A DNA stretch of 36,542 nucleotides from Candidatus Falkowbacteria bacterium (lineage in GTDB: Bacteria > Patescibacteriota > Patescibacteriia > Patescibacteriales > SZUA-104), in assembly GCA_027020105.1 (NCBI GenBank), contig JALUVW010000077.1, positions 1 through 36,542 on the forward strand, read 5' to 3'. The notes beneath the pieces are model-generated. The model had not been told where the DNA came from, made no database searches, and worked only from the letters and a program-made list of their open reading frames with translations. Position 1 is the stretch's first letter; each line of letters starts with the position of its first letter. Below, one piece after another: positions 9,981 to 16,717 of this stretch. The position numbers and the translations under genes are program-made.

Positions 9981-10056
9981 AATGCGAATCCGCGAATTAA
10001 CTTATTCCGGCATTCGCAAATTCGTGGAATTCGCGCAGAATTCGTATGTTCGTATT
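9981..10056. repeat. Imperfect inverted repeat built of GCGAAT / ATTCGC 8-9-nt units
   Basis: aatgcgaatccgcgaatt ... cattcgcaaattcgtggaattcgcgcagaattcgtatgttcgtatt; related units at 27059-27080 and 33338-33353. Confidence 0.55.
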
Positions 10057-10090
10057 ATAATTTTATCATCAATCCAGTCAATAAACAATA

Positions 10091-10780
10091 ATGAAAAAAC
10101 ATTGGTATAAAAAATGGTGGGGAATAATATTGATTACGGTTCTAACGATATTTTTGATAGTTTTAACCGCTTCCGGTTTTTATGTTTACCGCGCCGCCAA
10201 ACGCATAAACGACAACCGATTAAGCCCGCCGGAAAAAATATCAATAGATTATAATAAAATAGACAAACAAACGCGCGCGAAAATTGAAGGCGCGGACAAC
10301 TACTGGATAGGCGCGGCAAACCCCGAGATAACCATTGTTGAATTCGGCGATTTCGCCTGCCACCATACCAAGAAATCGTTTCCGAAGATACGGGAAATCG
10401 GGACAAAGTACAAAAATAATGTTAAAATAATATTCAGGGATATGCCCTTGCAGGAAAATTCCTTGGAATTGTCGCTGGCCGGCCGCTGCGCCGGAGAACA
10501 AGGGCTGTTTTGGCCGATGTATGACAAGCTGTTCCAAAACCAAGGCGTAAGCGGCGCGGACGAACTCATTGAAACGGCAAATCAAATCGGCGCGGACACG
10601 GCCAGATTCGCCGACTGCTTAAAGAGCCAAAAATACATTAAACAAATTCAAAAAAATTTTTCAGACGGAGAAGATCTCGGAGTAAGAGGAACGCCGACAT
10701 GGTTTGTCAACGGCGTTAAAATAGAAGGAGATGTCCCGCTTAGTGTTTGGGAAAATATTATAAACGAATTATTAAAATGA
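10091..10780 (+). CDS. Membrane-anchored DsbA/thioredoxin-fold protein with atypical CHHT active site
   Basis: N-terminal KKHWYKKWWG + TM helix; ITIVEFGDFACHHT; KIIFRDMPL; CAGEQGLFWPMYDKLF; GVRGTPTWFVNG. Confidence 0.88.
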   Translation: MKKHWYKKWWGIILITVLTIFLIVLTASGFYVYRAAKRINDNRLSPPEKISIDYNKIDKQTRAKIEGADNYWIGAANPEITIVEFGDFACHHTKKSFPKIREIGTKYKNNVKIIFRDMPLQENSLELSLAGRCAGEQGLFWPMYDKLFQNQGVSGADELIETANQIGADTARFADCLKSQKYIKQIQKNFSDGEDLGVRGTPTWFVNGVKIEGDVPLSVWENIINELLK

Positions 10781-10784
10781 CAAA

Positions 10785-10895
10785 AAACTCAAAATGCAAA
10801 GCTCAAAACGCAAAGCTACAGTTAAAAACTAAGAACTATGCGATTTTAAGATTTAAATTGCGGTTTTGAGTTTTGAGTTTTGAGCTTTGAGTTTT
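10785..10895. repeat. Heptamer-armed inverted-repeat element, family B (TCAAAAC / GTTTTGA)
   Basis: ctcaaaatgcaaagctcaaaacgcaaagctacagttaaaaact ... gcggttttgagttttgagttttgagctttgagtttt; sibling at 16547-16652. Confidence 0.85.
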
Positions 10896-10906
10896 ACTAT
10901 AAAATT

Positions 10907-11461
10907 ATGTATCAAATAAGAGTACACGGCCGGGGCGGGCAAGGAGTCGTCACCGCCGCCGAGCTAATCGCCATCGCCGCTTTTTACGACGGGAAAGTAT
11001 CGCAAGCGTTCCCCTTTTTCGGCGTGGAAAGAACCGGCGCCCCGATTGAATCTTACGCCCGCATTGACGACAAATTTATCAGAACGCGCGAACAAGTTCA
11101 CGCGCCAGATATTTTAATCGTGCAAGACTCCACCTTGCTTGGAGTGACGGATGTGGCAAGGGGAACCAGTAAAAAAACAATAGCCATAGTCAATTCAGCC
11201 AAGGAAAAAGATAAATTGAATATTGACTTGCCGAAAGAAAACATCTTCGTGATTGACGCCACCAAAATCGCCTTGGACAAAATCGGAAAAAATATAGTTA
11301 ACACCACTATTTTGGGGGCTTTCGCCCGCGCCACCGGATTAGTGAGTTTAAATTCGTTAAAACTTGCCATTAAAGAAAAATTCAAGGAAAAGGGCGACAA
11401 AATAATCAATAAAAATATTGAAGCGGTGGAGGTAGCATACAAATCTTCCGCCGAGCTTTAA
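10907..11461 (+). CDS. porC: Pyruvate:ferredoxin oxidoreductase gamma subunit
   Basis: MYQIRVHGRGGQGVVTAAELIA, QAFPFFGVERTGAP, IDATKIA, NTTILGA. ATG at 10907 preferred because the track's TTG at 10880 lies inside the repeat. Confidence 0.93.
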   Translation: MYQIRVHGRGGQGVVTAAELIAIAAFYDGKVSQAFPFFGVERTGAPIESYARIDDKFIRTREQVHAPDILIVQDSTLLGVTDVARGTSKKTIAIVNSAKEKDKLNIDLPKENIFVIDATKIALDKIGKNIVNTTILGAFARATGLVSLNSLKLAIKEKFKEKGDKIINKNIEAVEVAYKSSAEL

Positions 11462-11474
11462 CATTATATAAACC

Positions 11475-11562
11475 TCTACCGATCTTTAGCTCGCCTTCGC
11501 CAGGTTTTAACCTGCCGAACAGCGGCTAAAGCCGCCCGAACCCTGGCCTGAAGGCCGGTAGA
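11475..11562. repeat. REP-like composite palindrome (TCTACCG ... GCGGCTAAAGCCGC ... GGCCTGAAGGCC-GGTAGA)
   Basis: Shares cgaaccctggcctRaaggccggtagaa with 29076-29101; gcggctaaagccgcccgaacc is the reverse complement of 29029-29049. Confidence 0.75.
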
Positions 11563-11577
11563 ATACAAATTTTACTT

Positions 11578-11847
11578 ATGAAAATAAATATCACGGCCAA
11601 GCCGGGATCAACCCGCAACAACAAAACCGGCGGTTGGCGAACATTTAAGCCAAAAACCGATTTAGACAAATGCATAAGTTGCGGCACTTGCGCCAAAGTC
11701 TGCCCGGAAGGTTGTATTGAAATGAAAAAAATCGCAAAATACGAACAGCTGAAACCGAAAACCGACTATAACTACTGCAAGGGTTGCGGCGTTTGCGCCG
11801 CCGAATGCCCGGTTAAGGCGATTGTTATGGAACTGGATAAAAAATAA
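11578..11847 (+). CDS. porD: Pyruvate:ferredoxin oxidoreductase delta subunit (2x[4Fe-4S])
   Basis: KTGGWRTFKP, CISCGTCAKVCP, DYNYCKGCGVCAAECP. Confidence 0.95.
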   Translation: MKINITAKPGSTRNNKTGGWRTFKPKTDLDKCISCGTCAKVCPEGCIEMKKIAKYEQLKPKTDYNYCKGCGVCAAECPVKAIVMELDKK

Positions 11848-11849
11848 TT

Positions 11850-11968
11850 AAATTAAAATGTAAAAATCAAAAATCAAAATGACAATGCAAAATTTAAAAT
11901 TATTAAACTTTAAAAATTTTACACTTTAAATTGTCATTTTGATTTTTGATATTTAATTTTTAAATTAT
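11850..11968. repeat. Family A inverted-repeat element, short form
   Basis: aaaatgtaaaaatcaaaaatcaaaatgacaatgcaaaatttaaa ... tttaaattgtcattttgatttttgatatttaattttt; fills the porD-porA spacer. Confidence 0.88.
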
Positions 11969-11971
11969 TTT

Positions 11972-13159
11972 ATGAATAACAAAAATCAACAAATCCTTGA
12001 GGGTTCCAGGGCGATAGCTTTAACCATTAACAACATTGGGCCGGCTGTCATTTCCGCCTACCCGATCACCCCGCAAACCCATATCGTGGAGGACTTGGCC
12101 AAATTCAAGGCGGACGGAGACGCCGATTACGAATACGCGCGGGCGGAAAGCGAATTCGCGGCGGCCTCTATTGTGGAGGGAGCGAGCGCCGCCGGCGCGC
12201 GCGTCTATACCGCGACCAGTTCGCAAGGACTGCTTTTAATGGCGGAGGTATTGTTTAATATCGCCGGTATGCGCTTGCCGATCGTGGTGACCTGCGCCAA
12301 CCGCGGCGTTTCCGCGCCGATTACGATTTGGAACGACCAGCAAGACGCGATGACCATCCGCGACGCCGGCTGGATACAAATGTTCGCCGAAAACCATCAA
12401 GAAGCGGTTGACCAGCATATTATGGCCTACAAAATCGCCGAGCAAACGAATCTGCCGGTTATGGTCAATATTGACGGCTTTGTTTTAACGCATTCTTACG
12501 AACCGGTTATTATTCCCACCAGAGCGCAAATCAAAAAATACCTGCCGGATTATAAACCTAAAAAGGGACAATATTTGGACCCGGCCAATCCGGTTACCCT
12601 CGGCGCCTTCGCCCGACCCCAGCATTATATGGAAATCCGCCAAGACCTGCATAATGACCTGATGTCCAGTCTCAATTTAATTAACAAAGAGTATATTAAA
12701 TATAGAAAAACAATAAAAACAATGAAGTCCGACATCGGGTGCCCGATGTCGGACTTCGGAGCGGAAAATAACGGCTTAGTTGAATACTACGGCCCCAAAA
12801 AGCCTAAAATCATCTTAGTGGCGATGGGCTCGGTTATCGGAACGATAAAGGAAGTGGCGGATAAAACAAAAGGCGTCGGCGCGCTAAAAATAAAGACTTA
12901 CCGCCCGTTCCCCGAAGACGCGATTTTCAATATTTTAAAAAAGGCCAAATACGTGGCCGTTTTGGACAAATCCATATCGCTGGGGCATATCGGGCCGTTG
13001 GCTTCCGACATTAAATCGGCAATGCAGGGGAAAATCAAGGCTAAAATCCAAAGCTTTATAGTCGGATTGGGAGGACGGGATATTACGAAGGAAATGATTG
13101 GGGGAATTGTTAGGGAAGTTAAGAAAGGGGATGGTGGGGTGAAATTTATCGGGAAATAG
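11972..13159 (+). CDS. porA: Pyruvate:ferredoxin oxidoreductase alpha subunit
   Basis: SAYPITPQTHIVE, ESEFAAAS, TATSSQGLLLM, NRGVSAPITIWNDQ, GLGGRDI. Confidence 0.95.
   Translation: MNNKNQQILEGSRAIALTINNIGPAVISAYPITPQTHIVEDLAKFKADGDADYEYARAESEFAAASIVEGASAAGARVYTATSSQGLLLMAEVLFNIAGMRLPIVVTCANRGVSAPITIWNDQQDAMTIRDAGWIQMFAENHQEAVDQHIMAYKIAEQTNLPVMVNIDGFVLTHSYEPVIIPTRAQIKKYLPDYKPKKGQYLDPANPVTLGAFARPQHYMEIRQDLHNDLMSSLNLINKEYIKYRKTIKTMKSDIGCPMSDFGAENNGLVEYYGPKKPKIILVAMGSVIGTIKEVADKTKGVGALKIKTYRPFPEDAIFNILKKAKYVAVLDKSISLGHIGPLASDIKSAMQGKIKAKIQSFIVGLGGRDITKEMIGGIVREVKKGDGGVKFIGK
12724..12757. repeat. 16-bp-stem palindrome translated within porA
   Basis: gaagtccgacatcggg-tg-cccgatgtcggacttc, read as KSDIGCPMSDF. 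Confidence 0.85.
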
Positions 13160-13188
13160 AAAGATTTATGAATTAAGATTTATGATTT

Positions 13189-13317
13189 ATGAATAATGGA
13201 AAAATAAAATCATTTACTGATATTAAAGCATGGCAAAAGGGATATCACCCCGACGGCTCCATGCTTCGCGTGGAGCCGTCAAGGGCTTTAAAAAAATTCT
13301 TAAATCATAATTCGTAA
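13189..13317 (+). pseudogene. Internally deleted four-helix-bundle (23S rRNA IVS protein / Avd-like) gene remnant, 42 aa
   Basis: MNNGKIKSFTDIKAWQKGYH matches my recollection of the family N-terminus (IKSF.DL..W+.G/AH); the middle is a palindrome (PDGSMLRVEPS); ends KKFLNHNS* inside the right repeat arm. Confidence 0.65.
13251..13282. repeat. REP-like palindrome GACGGCTCCATGC-ttc-GCGTGGAGCCGTC
   Basis: 13-bp stem (one G-T pair); expanded sibling at 14101-14152. Confidence 0.8.
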
Positions 13318-13328
13318 ATCCTAAATCT

Positions 13329-14069
13329 ATGAAAAAAATCCCTAAAATTATAGTATCAACATTCTTAACAATCTTCATCCTCCAAATGATAGGTCTAATA
13401 GTCTTATTGTCCGTTCCCGCGCAAGCGGCTGATGTGAAATTTAAACCTCAAATTGAAGTTCCCGGCTTGGAAAAAGGGCTTAAGGGCAGTAAAGAAGACG
13501 GGTATATAATTGAATCAACCACGATTGGCGAATACATTAAGGCCATCTATAAATACGCCATCGGCGTTGTCGGCATTTTGGCCGCGGTTGTGTTGATGAT
13601 CGGCGGAATCGTCTGGCTCACGGCCGGCGGAAACCAGACCAGAATCGGCGAAGCCAAGGCGTGGATAGGCGCGTCCCTGACCGGCCTGATTATCGCTTTA
13701 ACTTCGTATATGATTTTATGGACGGTTAATCCGGCGCTGGTGCGATTTAAGCCGATAAAAGTGGCGACGGTAACGGAACTAAAAAATGGATGCTGTGAAC
13801 TAAATAACGGAAAAGCGATGAATTCAACAGACACGGACTGCCCGGAAGACGTGGGAGTCTTCAACGACGGTAAAGTGGCAAGCGCCGACGGAAGCGCTTG
13901 CGTTAACAAAGAAACGGTGGTGGACTTAAAAGGATCCGGGCCCGGATGCTGCATCAAGCCCGGACTTTTCGGATATAATTGCGACTATGTCTCTTCTCAA
14001 GATGATTGCGACGATGGATATGAATTCCTTCTTGGCGTAAAATGTGAAGAAATTGATAAATGCCAATAA
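13329..14069 (+). CDS. TrbC/VirB2-like pilin with Cys-rich C-terminal extension, 246 aa
   Basis: Signal peptide (AQA); IGEYIKAIYKYAIGVVGILAAVVLMIGGIVWLTAGGNQTRIGEAKAWIGASLTGLIIALTSYMILWTVNPALV; two GCC-containing modules. Confidence 0.88.
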   Translation: MKKIPKIIVSTFLTIFILQMIGLIVLLSVPAQAADVKFKPQIEVPGLEKGLKGSKEDGYIIESTTIGEYIKAIYKYAIGVVGILAAVVLMIGGIVWLTAGGNQTRIGEAKAWIGASLTGLIIALTSYMILWTVNPALVRFKPIKVATVTELKNGCCELNNGKAMNSTDTDCPEDVGVFNDGKVASADGSACVNKETVVDLKGSGPGCCIKPGLFGYNCDYVSSQDDCDDGYEFLLGVKCEEIDKCQ

Positions 14070-14100
14070 CCCTGTTTGTTATTTAAAATTATAAAACTCA

Positions 14101-14152
14101 CGACGGATCCATGCTGCGCGTGGAGCCATAGCGCAAAGCGTGGAGCCGTCAA
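14101..14152. repeat. REP-like palindrome, expanded copy of 13251-13282
   Basis: cgacggatccatgctgcgcgtggagccatagcgcaaagcgtggagccgtcaa. Confidence 0.75.
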
Positions 14153-14154
14153 AG

Positions 14155-14206
14155 TTGACAAAAAGTTAATCTTTAGTTAATCTTTAGTTAAACTTTAGTT
14201 AAAATT
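14155..14206 (+). promoter_or_regulatory. Sigma70 promoter overlapped by 11-bp tandem repeats (probable TA operator)
   Basis: TTGACA (14155-14160), 17 nt, TAATCT (14178-14183); repeats agttaatcttt x2, agttaaacttt, agttaaaatt. Confidence 0.65.
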
Positions 14207-14224
14207 AATTAATCTTAAAAATAT

Positions 14225-14440
14225 ATGGAAAATATTATTAACTTAAAAAATTTAAGGGAAAATATGAGCGATTACGCCAAAAAAATCGCGCAAGGACAAA
14301 CTTTCATTGTTTTTAAACAGTCAAAACCGCTGTTTAAAATTTCTCCGGTGGACGAAGAAAGCCGATGGGAAGAAGTAATTGATTTTACTAAAATAAAAAA
14401 AGGAGGAGTTGATATTGATGAAGTGCTGTCCCGCCTGTAA
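14225..14440 (+). CDS. Phd/YefM-like antitoxin
   Basis: IINLKNLRENMSDYAKKIAQGQTFIVFKQSKPLFKISP fits the Phd/YefM N-terminal pattern; acidic tail; lies upstream of a RelE-like gene. Confidence 0.75.
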   Translation: MENIINLKNLRENMSDYAKKIAQGQTFIVFKQSKPLFKISPVDEESRWEEVIDFTKIKKGGVDIDEVLSRL

Positions 14441-14490
14441 ATTATTCACTTCGTGGATCCCGAGTACTCGCTAACTTGCGAATTATTAAT

Positions 14491-14733
14491 ATGGACAAAA
14501 TATCAAAGGCCCTGAAAAAATTGACTGCTGAAGAGAAAAAAAGAATTAAAATAATTCTTATAAAATTGAAAAAAAACTCTCTTTCCGATTTTGACATTAA
14601 AAAATTAAAAGGGCATAGCGGTATTTACCGGATAAAAAAAGGAAAAATAAGAATTATATATAAAATTGATAAAGACGGAAATAAACGACTCTTAACGATT
14701 GAACGCCGAACCGATAATACTTACAATTTTTAA
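14491..14733 (+). CDS. RelE/ParE-family toxin
   Basis: Basic 80-aa protein with DIKKLKGHSGIYRIKKGKIRIIY; ATG at 14491 preferred. Confidence 0.82.
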   Translation: MDKISKALKKLTAEEKKRIKIILIKLKKNSLSDFDIKKLKGHSGIYRIKKGKIRIIYKIDKDGNKRLLTIERRTDNTYNF

Positions 14734-14776
14734 TTAAAATCCCCCGGCCCCCTTTAATAAATGGTGATAAAACGAT

Positions 14777-14992
14777 ATGATTTACTTCACCAAATACGCG
14801 GAAAAAAAATTTGATATACTGAATAAACACAAGGTTTATTTTACGCGCGAACAAGTGGAAGATGCCGTGAAGCTGCCCGACAAACTGGAGAAAAAAGGCA
14901 AATACTTGGCGGCGCGGAAGGATGGAGTGAAGGTGGTTTATATAATAGAAAATGAAATTATAAAAATTATAACCTTTTTTCCTGTAAAATAA
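14777..14992 (+). CDS. DUF4258-like (RelE/BrnT-fold) putative toxin
   Basis: MIYFTKYAEKKF ... TREQVEDAVKLPD ... VKVVYIIENEIIKIITFFP; adjacent to a DUF2283-like gene. Confidence 0.7.
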   Translation: MIYFTKYAEKKFDILNKHKVYFTREQVEDAVKLPDKLEKKGKYLAARKDGVKVVYIIENEIIKIITFFPVK

Positions 14993-15192
14993 TGGAAAAA
15001 TCAAAAATCAAAATGGAAAATGACAATTAAAAATGCAAAATTATTTTATCGGTTTAAAATATTTTAATATATCTTACCGTATGAGCCGCATTATTTAAGT
15101 AAAACAGGTAATCCAATTGCAATATTCTCTAAAATTAATTTTAAAATTTTACATTGTTATTTTGATTTTTGATTTTTACATTTTGATTTTTA
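14993..15192 (+). repeat. Family A inverted-repeat element, long form
   Basis: Arms tcaaaaatcaaaatggaaaatgacaattaaaaatgcaaaatt / aattttacattgttattttgatttttgatttttacattttga; interior homologous to 8030-8230. Confidence 0.85.
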
Positions 15193-15196
15193 TTTT

Positions 15197-15406
15197 ATGT
15201 ATTACGACCCCGAAGCCAATATAATATCATGGGAAATCGCGCGAGGGAAAATCAGCCACGCGCGGGAGTTCGGCAATTTTATAATTCATTTGTCCAAATC
15301 AGGCAAACCGCTATTGATTGAAATACTGGACGCGTCGAGATTCGCGGGGCAATTTAACAAGCTGAAAAACGCGGAGGAATTAAGGAAAGTAGTGGCGGTA
15401 AATTAA
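15197..15406 (+). CDS. DUF2283-like putative antitoxin
   Basis: YYDPEANIISW ... GKPLLIEILDAS match the YD.E.D/N and G....IEIL.AS motifs. Confidence 0.75.
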   Translation: MYYDPEANIISWEIARGKISHAREFGNFIIHLSKSGKPLLIEILDASRFAGQFNKLKNAEELRKVVAVN

Positions 15407-15535
15407 AATGTAAAAATATTTTTAAACTTAAGCGACATAACATATGGAGCTAGGGTATTAGAGATTTTAACAAATTTTAAATAAATTCATTTTAAATTTT
15501 ACACTGTCATTTTGATTTTTGATTTTTGAATTATT
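15405..15535. repeat. Family A element with degenerate left arm
   Basis: Right arm ttttaaattttacactgtcattttgatttttgatttttgaatt; left arm aaaatgtaaaaatatttttaaa. Confidence 0.7.
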
Positions 15536-15559
15536 TATTACAAACTGACAAGAAAAATT

Positions 15560-16546
15560 ATGCCTATGAAGCCAACAATGTCTAAAGTAAAAACAAAACA
15601 ACTATTATCCCCCGGCCATACCGCTTGCGCCGGATGCGGACAAATGATTGCCGCGAGAACCGTTGCCCAAGCGCTGGGACCGAACACTATTATCGCCAAC
15701 GCCACCGGCTGCCTTGAAGTGACGACAACCGCCTATCCTATGAGCTCGTGGGGAATGCCGTGGATACACTCCTTGTTTGAAAACGCGTCCGCCGTCGCCT
15801 CGGGAATAAAAGCGGCGTTGAAATATAAAGAGACTAAGTCTCCAATTGGAGACTTAGTCTCCACGCCTAAAGTTGTCGCCCAAGGCGGAGACGGAGGAAC
15901 TTTTGACATCGGCTTCGGCTTGATTTCCGGAATGTGGGAGCGAGGCGATGATATTCTCTATATCTGTTACGACACCGAAGCGTATTCCAATACCGGCATA
16001 CAAGCCTCCGGCGCCACCCCCTGGGCGGCGTCCACCACCACGACTCCGTCCGGTAAATGTATGAGTAAAACGAAGTCCGGTTTCGGCGGAGCGGATGAAG
16101 ATTGCCCGATTGACGCGATCGGCTCGCATCAAAGAAAAAAGGATATGATCGCCATCGCTTTGGCGCACAGATTGCGTTACGTGGCGCAAAGCACCGCCGG
16201 CTTCCCGGATGATATTGCCGCCAAGGTTAAAAAAGCCTTAACCTTTAAGGGTCCGAAATATATCCAAATTATGGCTCCCTGCGTGCCGGGATGGAAAATA
16301 AGTTCCGCGCAGGCGGTGCGGATAGGAAAATTGGCCGCCCAAACCGGACTTTACCCGCTCCTGGAGTATGAAAACGGACAACTGACGAATGTTCTAAAAG
16401 TCCCGAAACCGCGTCCGAAAGTGGATGAATACCTTAAACTGCAAGGCCGATTCGCGCATCTCTTTAAGAATAAAAGCGGAAAAAAGCAAATTGCCTATAT
16501 ACAAAAATTAGCTGACGGGAATATTGAGAAGTATGGTTTAAAATAG
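15560..16546 (+). CDS. porB: Pyruvate:ferredoxin oxidoreductase beta subunit (TPP-binding)
   Basis: PGHTACAGCG, NATGCLEV, FENASAVASG, GGDGGTFDIGF, YDTEAYSNTGIQASGATP, PCVPGW. Confidence 0.95.
   Translation: MPMKPTMSKVKTKQLLSPGHTACAGCGQMIAARTVAQALGPNTIIANATGCLEVTTTAYPMSSWGMPWIHSLFENASAVASGIKAALKYKETKSPIGDLVSTPKVVAQGGDGGTFDIGFGLISGMWERGDDILYICYDTEAYSNTGIQASGATPWAASTTTTPSGKCMSKTKSGFGGADEDCPIDAIGSHQRKKDMIAIALAHRLRYVAQSTAGFPDDIAAKVKKALTFKGPKYIQIMAPCVPGWKISSAQAVRIGKLAAQTGLYPLLEYENGQLTNVLKVPKPRPKVDEYLKLQGRFAHLFKNKSGKKQIAYIQKLADGNIEKYGLK
15821..15871 (+). repeat. 51-bp palindromic element in frame in porB
   Basis: Exact reverse complement of 30821-30871; core perfect 32-bp palindrome GAGACTAAGTCTCCAATTGGAGACTTAGTCTC. 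Confidence 0.92.
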
Positions 16547-16652
16547 TTCAAAACTCAAAACTCAAAGTTCAAAACTACAACTAAAAGTTCAAGGCTATTT
16601 AGTTTTAAGTTTTGAGCTGTGGTTTTGAGCTTTGAGTTTTGAGTTTTGAACT
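16547..16652. repeat. Family B heptamer inverted-repeat element
   Basis: ttcaaaactcaaaactcaaagttcaaaactacaactaaaag ... ttttgagctgtggttttgagctttgagttttgagttttgaa. Confidence 0.88.
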
Positions 16653-16656
16653 TCAT

Positions 16657-16689
16657 AAAAAACGCTTCGGTAAAACCGAAGCGTTTTTA
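16657..16689. terminator. Bidirectional intrinsic terminator between porB and rpoC
   Basis: aaaaaacgcttcggt-aaa-accgaagcgttttt with A/T tracts on both sides, between convergent genes. Confidence 0.85.
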
Positions 16690-16717
16690 TTATTAAATTT
16701 TTCAACTTGAACCGTCC

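Larger units (their letters stand above)
13162..13328. mobile_element. Heptamer-armed inverted-repeat element, family C (AGATTTA / TAAATCN), enclosing a gene relic
   Basis: agatttatgaattaagatttatgatttatgaat ... attcttaaatcataattcgtaaatcctaaatct. Confidence 0.75.

Noticed and set aside
10778..10780. Alternative genetic code (TGA=Gly, as in some CPR lineages)
   Set aside because: TGA ends the dsbA-like gene and ruvA at expected lengths, and long genes contain no in-frame TGA.
13189..13317. Diversity-generating retroelement suggested by the Avd-like remnant
   Set aside because: No reverse transcriptase and no TR/VR pair with adenine-specific mismatches; the duplicated pilin N-termini differ at mixed bases.
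13160..15559. Classical integron or prophage
   Set aside because: No tyrosine integrase or phage genes; the hairpins lack evident RYYYAAC/GTTRRRY attC ends.
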